Of a stretch of DNA of 64,000 nucleotides, positions 21,849 to 33,016 are shown in pieces. Below the pieces are notes generated by a model. That model made no database searches and had not been told where the DNA came from. It saw only the letters and a program-made list of their open reading frames with translations. This stretch comes from an uncultured Planctomycetota bacterium. GTDB lineage: Bacteria > Planctomycetota > Planctomycetia > Isosphaerales > Isosphaeraceae. Where the stretch lies: assembly GCA_963845755.1 (NCBI GenBank), contig CAWJTV010000031.1:192001-256000 (forward strand). The letters run 5' to 3'. The stretch's first letter is position 1, and each line of letters opens with the position of its first letter. The translations under genes were made by a program, and so were the position numbers.

Positions 21849-22568
21849 ATGGTAGGTACCGGTCGTCAACGATTGGTCGTCGTGAGCCTCGCAGTCGCCA
21901 CTCTCATGCTGTCTTCGAGCGCAACGCCGCAGTCGTTCGCCGGCAGCAACTTCTCATTCACGGGAAGTTTCAACGTTGACGATGATGTTCAGTTATTTAC
22001 ATTCAATCTCGCGTCGGCGGACTCGGTGACCATGGAAACCTGGTCTTACGCCGGCGGTACCAATGCCGCGGGCCAGGTCATCTCGGCCGGCGGATTCGAT
22101 CCCATCGTGACGCTCTTCAGCGCGAACGGGACGTTCATCGATTCCAACGACGATGGCATGGGTGTTGCGTCGGATCCGACGACAGGAGCGGCTTTCGACG
22201 CGCTGTTGACGGATTCACTCAGTGCCGGAAAGTATATCGTCGCCCTCACTCAGTTCGATAACTTCGCCAATGCGGACACCAATTATCTGGGTGCCCCTCC
22301 CGGAGGCAACTTGTCCGATGGCTTTTTCGAAGCCGGAAACCCGAATTTCACCCTGGATTTTGCGCCGAACGGGGCGACCGGGTATTTCTGGGATGTCACC
22401 CAGGCTGAGCGGACGGGCAATTGGGCCCTGGACATCGATAACGTCGCGTCAGCAAGCATCGGCGGTGCCTCCGTTCCTGAACCCTCGGGACTGGTCCTGG
22501 TCGGATCGGCTGGTCTGACGCTTCTGGGTCTTCTCGGGTTCCGCCGCGGGCAACGATCCGCGGCTTGA
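21849..22568 (+). CDS. PEP-CTERM sorting-signal protein with a DVUA0089/PPC-like domain
   Basis: Signal peptide; FDPIVTLFSANGTFIDSNDD; C-terminal VPEPSGLVLVGSAGLTLLGLLGFRRGQR. Confidence 0.88.
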   Translation: MVGTGRQRLVVVSLAVATLMLSSSATPQSFAGSNFSFTGSFNVDDDVQLFTFNLASADSVTMETWSYAGGTNAAGQVISAGGFDPIVTLFSANGTFIDSNDDGMGVASDPTTGAAFDALLTDSLSAGKYIVALTQFDNFANADTNYLGAPPGGNLSDGFFEAGNPNFTLDFAPNGATGYFWDVTQAERTGNWALDIDNVASASIGGASVPEPSGLVLVGSAGLTLLGLLGFRRGQRSAA

Positions 22569-23660
22569 AGCCAACGCGGACGCGCTCGATCTCCCAGCGC
22601 GAGACAACCCAGCCTTCTTCATCCGCGTGGGTCGCCACGTCGCTGGCGACAGTGGTGACCCACGCGCGGACAGTCGATGCCAACACCCCCCCTGAGTGGC
22701 CCTCTCTTTCCCACATCCTGATTCGAGGACCGTGACACGAATCCCCAGGCAGAAGACCTGTCCGATCGGTTGCACTACGGAAAATTCGAGTGTTCTCGCC
22801 CGAGATCACCGGTGGCCGTGCCCGTCACACCGGCCGTTTTTGGGCGCAGGCCTCGAGGGGCCATCGGGGCCGATCACCTCGCCGTCCGCCCCTTTCCCGC
22901 CCCACGACCCGGCGCAATCCACAGCACTTTTTTTTTGGAAAAAATCTGGATCTCCCTCTCCTGTCGAGAGTTCGGGCGCGAAAAATCGTCATTTCTGGCA
23001 TAGGTGCATTAACGAAATTCCAAAGTTGAGGCATCCTGATAGTAGAGGGTTCATCAAAGGACTCGCACGATCCGTTCCCCGTTGCGTCCCAGGCGTCATC
23101 ACAACTCATGTCAGATCCCGGAACTCGTCGCCCTCGGCCGTCGGCCGGTCGCCGGAGCCGACCGGACCGACCCAGCAAGCACTGGTCCCGAACTCATTTC
23201 AGGCCAACAAGATCGGGGATGGGGACCTTCCCGATTTGTAACATCGTGTGCCACGTTGTGCCACGATCGGCGCCGTCCGGCGGCGGTCCCACCTTCCCCC
23301 TGACGTCCTCGGGATCGCCGCGGATACTCGGGATTTTGGGAGCCAACCCGGAGACGCCTGGGCCCAATGTGCCCGCGGCACGGATGAGGGGCCGAACCGG
23401 GACTCCCGCAATCACTCCGGATCCCTACGGTGGTCTTGAGCGAGCCGTGTCGAAAAATCCTTCTGGCCGCTTCCACGACAACATTACGACCAACTAGGAT
23501 AGGTCGTGTAGGACTTCGGAGTCGGCGGTCGCCTTCGCGGTCCACCCGGCGGAGTTGGCGCGACCCGTCGCGACGAATGGGACCCGGCTCGGATCGAGCA
23601 GCAGGCGTTCGGATCGGTTCTCGGATGTCACCAAAGATCGCCACCGTATCTGGTGATCGG

Positions 23661-25160
23661 ATGTCGAGGAGTTCACTCCGGTCGACGCGGCGTACGCGTT
23701 TCGTGCTGGAACCGCTCGAGTCCCGCCTTCTCATGGCGAATTACGTTCCGCCCTCTCTATCGGGACAATTCGTTGTCCCGCTGGATCTGATCGTCACGGT
23801 CTCGGTGGCACCGGTCTCGGTCCCGGTCAACTATGGTGATGGGCCCGTCCCCGCGTCCGCCTCGTCGACGGGCGACAACCAGCCGATTGAGATTGCCCCG
23901 ACGGGAAGCGGGCTCGCGATCTCTTCGGCCCCCACATCCATAAATGGATCGCGGCTCACTGTGAGTTTGGTGACGCTCCCGGTCGGGGCCGCGGAGTCGG
24001 CGAGCATCGGTTCGGGGGCCCAAACCGATATTTTTCCTCTCGGAACCGCCCTCCTCGAAGCGTCGGGATCGCTTTCGCATGACGTCGTCGTGGGGATCCC
24101 CGTCCGAGGGTCGACGACCACGAGCCCGTCCGCGGAGGACATCAGCTATTTTCTCGAGATCGATTTCGACCCTTCTTCGGCAGTACCGCTCTCGGGCGAG
24201 GTGAACTCCGATATCCTTCAGATCGACCTCAGCACTTCGATGCTGCTCAACCCGAGCGGCAGCGCAGCGCTGGTGCCGGCCGTTAGTTTCTCCGAAGATT
24301 CCGGCTCGACCGGCTCAACCTCTCTGGTCGCGACTCAGTCGGGTGGGTCCCCCTCATTGGCACAATTCCCGGCTTCAACCCACGAGACCGACGTGACATC
24401 GCCGACCACCCCAGGTGGACACAGCGCCCCAGGCGTCTCGATCACCGTAACGACGATCAGCATGGGTCCCCTACCCACAAGCCCGTACCAGCCGGCCGGC
24501 GGGATATTCTCGGATGGTATAACCACGCCCGGGATTGGTCGGAGCGAGGAGACGTGGATCGAAGCGTCCCGGGTTCTCCGCCCGTCCAACGGAGGGACTC
24601 CATCGCTACGGGACGAGTGGTCAACCGATCCGGAGGTGGAAATCCTGGCTTCGGTTCTTGCTGTCGCTGGCATCGTCTCAACTCGCGATGACGACCTGCC
24701 TGTGGAACCGCCGACATCAAACGGGGCGCGACCGATCCTTCATCAGCCGGGACTTTTCCTCGAGGCCGCATCTTGTCCGACGGGGCGCGAAAACGGGATG
24801 GCGGACCTCCAATCCCTCGGACACTCCGCCGCTTTGCACGATCCTCCCGCCGATGACGTCTCGGGTTCAGGCGTCTTCTGGGCCTCCGCAGCAACTCTGC
24901 CTCCGATCGACCGGTACGACGCAACCACGATCGCCAGCCCCGCAGGGCGCCTGGAGAATGCCGGTGACGATGAGACGGCGCCGGCATCGCCGGGCGGGCG
25001 GGTCGTGGCGATCCTGTTGGGCCTGAGTGGATCGACCGCTCTAGGCGTGGCCCTGTACGCGCCGGACCTCCTCGCGGCGATGGGCTTGAATGAGCCCCGA
25101 CTCGCAACGAGACGGCGGCCTCGTCAGGCTTCGAACCGGATCGTTCGGGTTCCTGAATAG
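23661..25160 (+). CDS. LEPR-XLL-type, Ser/Thr/Pro-rich protein with a C-terminal membrane anchor
   Basis: Arg-rich N-terminus then LEPLESRLLMA; low-complexity S/T/P body; hydrophobic VVAILLGLSGSTALGVALYA followed by RRRPR. Confidence 0.65.
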   Translation: MSRSSLRSTRRTRFVLEPLESRLLMANYVPPSLSGQFVVPLDLIVTVSVAPVSVPVNYGDGPVPASASSTGDNQPIEIAPTGSGLAISSAPTSINGSRLTVSLVTLPVGAAESASIGSGAQTDIFPLGTALLEASGSLSHDVVVGIPVRGSTTTSPSAEDISYFLEIDFDPSSAVPLSGEVNSDILQIDLSTSMLLNPSGSAALVPAVSFSEDSGSTGSTSLVATQSGGSPSLAQFPASTHETDVTSPTTPGGHSAPGVSITVTTISMGPLPTSPYQPAGGIFSDGITTPGIGRSEETWIEASRVLRPSNGGTPSLRDEWSTDPEVEILASVLAVAGIVSTRDDDLPVEPPTSNGARPILHQPGLFLEAASCPTGRENGMADLQSLGHSAALHDPPADDVSGSGVFWASAATLPPIDRYDATTIASPAGRLENAGDDETAPASPGGRVVAILLGLSGSTALGVALYAPDLLAAMGLNEPRLATRRRPRQASNRIVRVPE

Positions 25161-25466
25161 CGTTCCACGGAGAAAGAGCCGGAATTCCCCGGAGGGGTGA
25201 GCCTCGGTGCGAGCCCGCATCGAGAAGAGGTGGGAGGGAACCTCGCCCTCTCGAATGCCGATCTGCCTTTCCGTGGAGCGGTCCTGAGTCCTATGCGACG
25301 CCTGGTGGTGGATTTGTTAGAATCACGCAAGGATTCTTGGCCGGTATCACGCCCGCTTGACGACAGAGAGAGAGTCGGGGCGCAGACGTTCGCAACTCTG
25401 GACGATCTCGGTCGCGTCTCTTCGGATGCAACATGGGCCTACGATCATTGCAAAAGGCGTGTATCT

Positions 25467-27927
25467 ATGAAATCCCCGCTGAGATCTAGGAATGATCGCC
25501 AGCCCGTTTGGTCTGTGCGGAGCCACCGGCCGTCTCGAAGGCTGTGCTTCGCCGGGGCCGTTCTTCCCGAAGGGCTCGAGGCGCGGCGTCTTCTCAGTGC
25601 GATCGTCGTGGCCAACACGCACGACAGCGGCCGGGGATCGTTACGGTCGGCGGTTGCGGCGGCGCACGATGGCCAGACCATCCGGTTTGCAAGCCAGCTC
25701 AGTGGCCAGACGATCTCCCTCCACTCGGCCATCGACATCGCGAAGAACCTCACGATCGCCGGCCCGGTGGATGGCGGGGTGATGCTGAGCGGCGGGGGTA
25801 AGACGCGCGTCCTGGAGATCGATGGCGGAACGGTCCATCTTGCCCACCTGGTGATCGAGCGGGGAGCCGCGGCGAGTGGGGGTGGAATCCTGGATAACGG
25901 CGGCACGCTGACCATCCGCGACAGCCGGCTCACGGCGAATGTCGCCTATGGGAGTGCCACGACGATCAGCCAGGGCGGAGCGGTCGCCCAGGAGGGAGGA
26001 ACGACGACGCTGGTCCGCGATATCCTCACCGGTAATCGCGCGGTGGGGAATCCTCAAAGCCCCGTCATCTACCCGCCGCCGAGTCATCTGCCAGGAGGAG
26101 GTATCGAGCCCGTGGGCCTTGTCGTCGTGCCCGATGCCGTCCTCACCCTCAGCCCGATCGTCTACGCCGGTGAGGCGGACGGAGGCGCCGTCTCCGACTT
26201 GGGCGGGGAACTGAGCATGCGGGACTGTCGAATTACAGGCAATCGCGCCACAGGTGTGGCGCCGACCGCTTCGTACGGCGGTGATGCCTCTGGGGGCGCG
26301 GTGTACGTGAGCAACGGCCAGCTCCGGAGCAATCGGAGCACCTTCGAGAAGGATCGAGTTGTCGGCGGTGACGTCGTGAACACCACAGCGGCGCCCGCCA
26401 ACTCGACTGCTGCCGGTTCGGCGAGTGGCGGAGCCATCGCCGTTCAATCGTCATTCGTGATGCTCAAGAATACGACGATCCAGCATGATGTCGCCCAGGG
26501 AGGACAGGGGCAGAGCCTCGAGGGCACCGCCGGCAGCTTTGGAGGCGGGGCAGGGGGAGGAGGCGTATCGGTCACGAACAGCTCCGATCTCGCGGTGATC
26601 GGGGGGACCGTCACGAGGGATGAAGCCCTGGGGGGCGAAGGATCCCCCGCCACCTATCCCAATCCGAGGGAGGGTGATGAAGTTCCGGGCGGAGGCCGCG
26701 CATTTGGAGGGGGCATCGAGAGTGACATTTCCAACGTCACACTCTCTGGAGCAGCGCTCTCGCACGACACCGCTCACGGAGGTGACGCTCCCGATCCCTC
26801 CGGCTCCGGTTTCGATTATCTCGCCGGCGATGCCGGGGGCGGGGCCCTCGATTTCGGTGGGTTCGGCACGCAATATGGGAATCTCTCGGTGGATCGGACC
26901 AAGCTCCGCGACAACTCGGCCAGCGGCGGTGATGCCGAGCGGCCGGGCGATGCGTCGGGAGGGGCATTGTCGATCGAGGAGGCGCAATCCGTGGCGATCA
27001 CCGATGGTCTTCTCAAGGGCAATCGCGCAGCCAACGGTCTCGGGCTATAATCCCACCATCGAATTGAATAGTGATGTCAACAATCTGTCGAGCGGCTCGG
27101 TTTATGCCGGAGCGGTCTATGTGTCGTTCATCGTCGGCCGGTTCGACGTGACGAATTCCCGCGTCGTCGGAAACCAGGCGGTCGCCGCGGGAAATGCCAC
27201 CGCCTCCGGCGGCGGCCTTTACCTGAACGACGTTCAAGTCAACCTGACGAGCGATCGATTCAAGTCCAACAAGGCGGTCGGCGGCCCCATCGTCTCGGAG
27301 GAGTCCAGCTCGTCGTGGGGGCAGGCGAGTGGAGGGGCAATTAGTCTGAGCCTCGCGAATGCGACCGTCGCGAACAGCCAGTTCCGCAACAACATTGCCA
27401 GGACCCAGAATGTCGATCGGCAGTATGCACCAGCCGATGCTGTGATCGCCGGTCAGGGCGGTGCGATCGCGAATCTCGATGGCACGATATCGATCGCCGG
27501 TGGATCCTTCGTCAACAATCAGGCGATCGGCAGTACGGCTGAAAACGGATCTTCGGACATCGGCGGCTGGGGAGGTGCCCTTTATAGCTTGGGCTTCCCC
27601 CCGGACTACGTCACGCCCTTATACCCATCCCAGGAACCTCCAACGCCGTCCAGTTTCCTGACTGCGACCGGGGTGACCTTTCGCAAGAATAAGGCCGTGG
27701 GCGGCGGCGATGGCCAGGGAGGTGCGATCTTCAACGACCAGTACAGCGAGCTCGCGTTGACGGCCAGCAAGGTGGTCGCGAACCAGGCCCTCGCGGGCCC
27801 CAATGGCTCCGGACAAGGTGGGGGATTGTATCTCGCCCCCATCTCGACGAACGTTCTCCAATCGAATCAGATCGTCCGCAACCGGGCGACGACGACCGGC
27901 TCCCAGATTGAGCAAGTGGGAACATGA
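25467..27927 (+). CDS. LEPR-XLL-type extracellular beta-helix protein with Pmp-like GGA(I/V/L) repeats; frameshift near 27035
   Basis: EGLEARRLLS, VANTHDSGRGSLRSAV, many GGAV/GGAI/GGAL and FxxN-A-xGG repeats; ORFs 25197..27050 and 26620..27927. Confidence 0.8.
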
Positions 27928-28064
27928 GCGAGTGCGGCGGGCCGCACTCCCGGCGGACATTCGTTCGTCTCTTTCGCTCGAAGAAGATAACATGCTCTCT
28001 GGGGCAGTTGGAACCGCCGAGCGATCAAAGCGGTCAAGGCCGCGAGCACCAGGGGGAGGCGCCG

Positions 28065-28686
28065 ATGACCGCGGGCGATCCGCCGCACAACCCGAGCCCG
28101 AGCCCGGGAAGCCCGATTCGAGCGTTCCTGGACCGCATCCGGGCCGGCGACGAAGAGGCGGCGCGCGAGCTGCTCGCCCGGTACGAGGCGCAGGTCCGCC
28201 TGGTAGTACGTTGAACAACTTCCCAGGCTGCTGCGGTCCCGGTTCGACTCGCTGGACTTTCTTCAGAGCGTCTGGGCGAGCTTCTTCCTGCGATTGCGAG
28301 CCGGTCCCGAGCAGTTCGAGGACCCGCGTTACCTCGTCACATTTCTCGCCCAGGTGGCGAAGAACAAGGTCGTGGACCAGTACCGTCGTGCCGTCAGCCA
28401 AAAACAGGACATGCGGCGTGAGGAACCGCTTTCCTCTGGAGGGTTATCTAGCCGGGAGTTCATCACCGATCAGGATTCCCCCAGCGAACTCGCCGAGGCC
28501 AACGAGGCTTTCGGCCGGCTCCGGGACCTGCTCCCCGCCGACTGTCGCGAGATCCTGGCCTTGAAGGTCGATGGCCTTTCCAGCCGCGAGATCGGCCAAC
28601 GGCTCGGGCTCAGCGAGCGGACGGTCCGTCGCCTTCTAGAGGATCTAAGACGGAAAGCGGCGTCCTCGGACAAGGCGGAGGAATGA
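28065..28686 (+). CDS. ECF RNA polymerase sigma factor, kinase-associated planctomycete type; frameshift near 28210
   Basis: GGGGAGG RBS; FLDRIRAGDEEAARELLARYE; RSRFDSLDFLQSVWASFF; region-4 HTH DGLSSREIGQRLGLSERTVRR. Confidence 0.88.
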
Positions 28687-28690
28687 GCCG

Positions 28691-31600
28691 ATGAGCACGA
28701 GTGTTCTCGGTCGCACCTGGGACGACGCCGCGACTCCCGAGGTCGTCCGTCTCGTCCAACAGTTCGAGTCCGCGTGGCGTGCCGCCCGCGGCACGCGGCC
28801 CGATCCGCTCGAATTCCTCCCCGCCCGGCCTGGCGAGCGCCCCGGGGCCCTGCTGGCCCTCCTCCGCACCGATCTGGCCCTGCGTCGCCAGGCCGGCGAG
28901 TCGGTCCGCGTCGAGTGGTATCAATGTCACTATCCGGCGATCGATGACGAGGCCCTCGTGGCCCTGATCTACGAGGAGTATTGCCTCCGCGAAGAGGCCG
29001 GTGAGATCCCCGATCCGAACGAGTACGCGACCCGTTTTCCCGCGATCATCGGCCGGTGGCGCGAGGTTATCGAGATTCATGGATTCGTCGCCGAGTGCCC
29101 CAGCACGGCTCCCCATCCACCCGAGCCCGACCCCGGTTCGACCTTCCCGGAATCGGGCCAAACGATCGCCGGCTTCCGACTTGTCGAGGAACTGGGCCGC
29201 GGCTCTTTCGCGCGAGTCTTCCGCGCCGAGGAGCGTCGGCTGGGCGATCGAGCCGTCGTGCTCAAGGTCACCCGGCTGGGCACGCGCGAGCCGCAGACAC
29301 TGGCCCGATTGCAGCATACTCACATCGTCCCGGTCCACTCGTATCGGACGGAATCCGGCGACCGGGCTCCATCTGCTCTGCATGCCGTACTTCGGCCGCC
29401 TGACCCTGGCGCGTGCCCTGGCCGACCCGGCCGTGGCGACGGCACGGTCCGGAGCCGAGCTCGTCGCGGGCCTCGACCGCCTCCAGTCGCCGACCGAAGG
29501 CCCACCGTCGGCGGTACGGACCGCCCTGGCCAGACGGACATTCCCCAGGGCGATCGCCTGGTGGGGGGCTCGGCTCGCCGAGGCCTTGCAACATGCCCAC
29601 GAGCGCGGTGTGCTCCACCGCGACATCAAGCCGTCCAACGTCCTGCTGACCGACGACGGCCTACCCATGCTCTTGGACTTCAATCTGGCCAGCAACCGGG
29701 GAGCCGGAGACCCGACCGCGAGTCCCGAGCGAGTGGGAGGCACGCTGGCTTACATGGCCCCGGAACACCTGGAAGCCCTGATCGACCACGAGGCCGGTCG
29801 GATCGACCATCGTTCGGACATCTATTCGATGGGCCTCGTCCTCCAGGAGACACTCGGAGCGTTGCCGATCTCCCCGTCGGCTGGGTCAACCATGCCCGCC
29901 AATGCACCGTTCCGGCTCAGGGAGATCCGGCGGGCGGGCGTGCCGCCAACCCGCGACAACGCCCGCCCGATCCCCCCCGCCTTCCAGGCAGTCCTGCGGC
30001 GGTGCCTGGCCCCTGAGCCGGGCGATCGATACGCAACCGCCGCCGAGCTGGCGGCCGACCTGCAAGCGGTCGCCGACGGCGCTCCCCTGCGATTTACTCG
30101 CGAGCCGATCGCCAGCCGCGTGGCCGGCTGGGTCCGTCAAAACCGCTTCCGGATGGCGCTGACCGGCCCACTGCTCGCCGTCTTGATCGGGGTCACGGTC
30201 GCCTGGCTCCAGGCACAAACGAACCGCCTGCGCCAAGAGGCGGAAGTGCGTCAGTTGTTCTCCCTGGGACGGCAATGGCTCGATGTGGGCGATTGCGCCC
30301 AGGCGGCCATGCAGCTCAAGACCGCCGCCGACCAGGCCGAAGGTTGGCCCGGGCTGCGGGCTCTGCGACAGGCCGCCCTCGATCTGAGCGAACGGGCCCA
30401 CGAGAGCGATGCGATTCGCAAGCAGGCCGACACATTCAGCCGAGACGTCGACCCCATGCGGTTCCACTTGCTCGGTTTCGGCGGCGATGCCGCGTCCGCC
30501 TCGCTCGACCTGGAGGCCGCCCTGGCGCCCTTCGGCGTGCTCCAGGACGCGAACTGGTTCCGACGGGATCGGCTCGGCCGGCTCGACGAGCCGCGGCGCG
30601 ATCGGCTCATCGAAGAGGTCAACGAACTGCTGTTTATCTGGCTGTTCGCGGTCGGCAGGGATCGGCAAGGCGACCGAGAGATGGCGCACCGCGCCGTCTG
30701 GCTCTGCGACCGGGCGCTGGTCTTCGTCGAGCCGCGCGCCCCTGGGACTACTTGCGCGACTGGTGGCGCGGTTCGGTGGGCGAACTCGCGCACGCACCGA
30801 CGGCGCCCCGCAAGGTCACGGGCGAGAATTCGGCGCGGGCCTGCTTCCAGTGGGGTCTACTCGCCGTGCTTGAGCACGACCGACGCCAGGCACTCGCATG
30901 GCTCGGCCGGGCGCGGTTCCTCCGGCCCGATAACTACTGGCACCAGTATGCCTTGGCCTATCAACTCGAACGGGCGGGCGATGTCGACGGCGCCCTGGTC
31001 CACTATGAGGCATCGATCGCTTTGCGGCCCGGCGCCCCTTGGGCCCGATACAATCGAGCCCATCTCTCCGCAATCCGACACGAGTGGCTCCCGGCCCTGC
31101 GCGACCTGGATATCGCCGTGACTTCGGCGAGCGACATCCCCATGGATGGCGCCCGTTTTCGGATCGAGCGTGGCAAGATCCGCCAGGCGATTGGCGACGT
31201 GTTGGGAGCCCGTGCCGACTTCGAAGCGGCCCTCGCGGTCGCCCCCTCGGGCCGGATCGCCCGCGACGCGCGGATCGACCGGGCCCGGCTCTTTGCCGAG
31301 ACCGGCGCCCTGCGGTGGGCGCAAGCCGAATATGACGCCTTGCTCGACGCGGACGCCTCGGATCGGACGGCTCGCCTCGCCCGCGCGCAGGCTGGCGCTC
31401 CGGCAGGGTCGAGCCGCCGAGGCCGACTCCGACCTGACCCGGCTCCTGAGCGAAGGCCCGGGCCTGTCCCGACAGATCCGCGCCGATTGGTTGTCGAGTC
31501 GGGCACTCGCACGTCTCTCACTGGGTCGAGTCTCCGAGGCCATCACCGATGCCGAATCGGCCATGAAACTGGATCCGAGCCCGACCCGGGCCCGCATCCG

Positions 31601-32458
31601 CGCCGGACCGCCCTGGCCGCTGGCTGTCCGGTCGACGAATCGATGCTCCACCCCGACGCGATCGCCGCCTGGCCACTGAGTGGAGCAGCGTTGGGCACCG
31701 ACCTCAGGGCGGCGACGGACCGGCCGGGCTCGGTCGCACTCGACGCGCCGGAATCCACCACGGCCTCGGCCTGTCGCGCCCGCGCCGCGATGCTCAGCGC
31801 CCTCGGTGAGCACGCGGCCGCGGTGACCGTCGCCGATCGGGCCGTGGCTTGCGCACCCTCCACCTCGTCCTATTTGCTCAGGGGCGAGGTCCGACTCCGC
31901 GCGGGCGACCGTCTCGGGGCACTGGCCGACGTCGAGCGAGGCCTGATCCTCGATCGCGATGACCCCGAGCTGCTCGTGTTTCGCGGCCGGCTCGCGATCG
32001 AGAACGGCAAACCGGACGCGGGCCTCCGATGGCTCGACCTCGCCATCTTGCGCGGTGCGACAGGAATGGCCCAATCGTGGAGGGCGCGGGCGCTGATCGA
32101 CCTCGGCCGCACCGAGGAAGCCGTCCACGCCTGGACGGCGGCCCTCGCGAGCGACCCCGAGGACGCTCCTGCCTATCTCGGTCGTGCCCGGGCGTTTCGC
32201 CGGCTCGGGCTCTGGGAGAACGCCCTGGACGATCTGGAACGAGCCGCCGAACGCACGCCCGATGGCTCGGCAGACTTCATCCGAGTGACCCTGGATTATC
32301 TCGCCTGCATTCCCGTCCACCCCGACCGGCTTCCCAGGGTTGCGAGCCTGGTGCTCCGCCTCCTGATCGGCCCGACCTCCCTCCCGAATGATCGCCGCCG
32401 TTTGGAAGCCAGACTGTCACGAATCGGGAACCAATCCGGACGCGGCCTCGAGCCGTAA
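28691..32458 (+). CDS. Hanks-type Ser/Thr protein kinase with a TM segment and C-terminal TPR repeats; frameshifts near 29350, 30740, 31390 and 31610
   Basis: LGRGSFARV, VVLK, LARLQHTHIV, HRDIKPSN, LDFNLA, GTLAYMAPE; TPR-like repeats such as AYLGRARAFRRLGLWENALDDL. Confidence 0.9.
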
Positions 32459-32783
32459 CTGATGAGGGATTTCGACTTGCTCGTTCCGGATTCCCCATCG
32501 GGGTGCGGGTCTCCCTCGATCCGGAATCGACGATCGCAAATTACGCCCCGGACGCCGAGGTCCTAGAATGGCTTCTCGCAGATCCCTGACGACACGTCCG
32601 CCACCATGTTGCCCGGCGAACCGGCGCTTGTTAGGCTATGCGATCGTCGGGGCCGGACCACACGCCGGTCCTGATGGGGATGAGATGCCCCTGGGATGCG
32701 CCGACCTAAGCCCGTCAGACGTTCCAGGTTCGCAAACGGGTTCCAGAATTCGGGAAGTCCCGCCGAGCCATTTTCCCGAAGGT

Positions 32784-32888
32784 GAGAACCACTGAGTTCT
32801 CCTCGAGCGGTAATTGATTCGCAACACCTAAGTTAATAATGACTTAGGGATCGAGATCTCGACACGACCGAGTGGCACTGACTTTGCT
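32784..32888 (+). promoter_or_regulatory. Sigma54 promoter with upstream palindromes (putative enhancer and IHF-like site)
   Basis: TGGCACTGACTTTGCT at 32873-32888 matches TGGCAC-N5-TTGCW. CCTAAGT-N8-ACTTAGG at 32827-32848 is AT-rich. GAGAAC-N6-GTTCTC lies at 32784-32801. Confidence 0.75.
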
Positions 32889-33016
32889 TCTTGAGGAGCG
32901 TTTCTGGGGACAGCGTGCTCGCAGAGCGCAGAGACGAGGACCGGCGGGAGGGCGGATCCCCTGGTCAGCGGATTCGCGTCGAGGGTTCCGTAGACCGGAG
33001 AGGCTGGGGCCGACCG

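Noticed and set aside
22996..23010. TGGCATAGGTGC as a sigma54 promoter
   Set aside because: GG-to-GC spacing is 7, not the required 10.
32814..32827. TTGAT-N4-AACAC as an FNR box
   Set aside because: The second half-site matches ATCAA at only 3/5; too weak to call.
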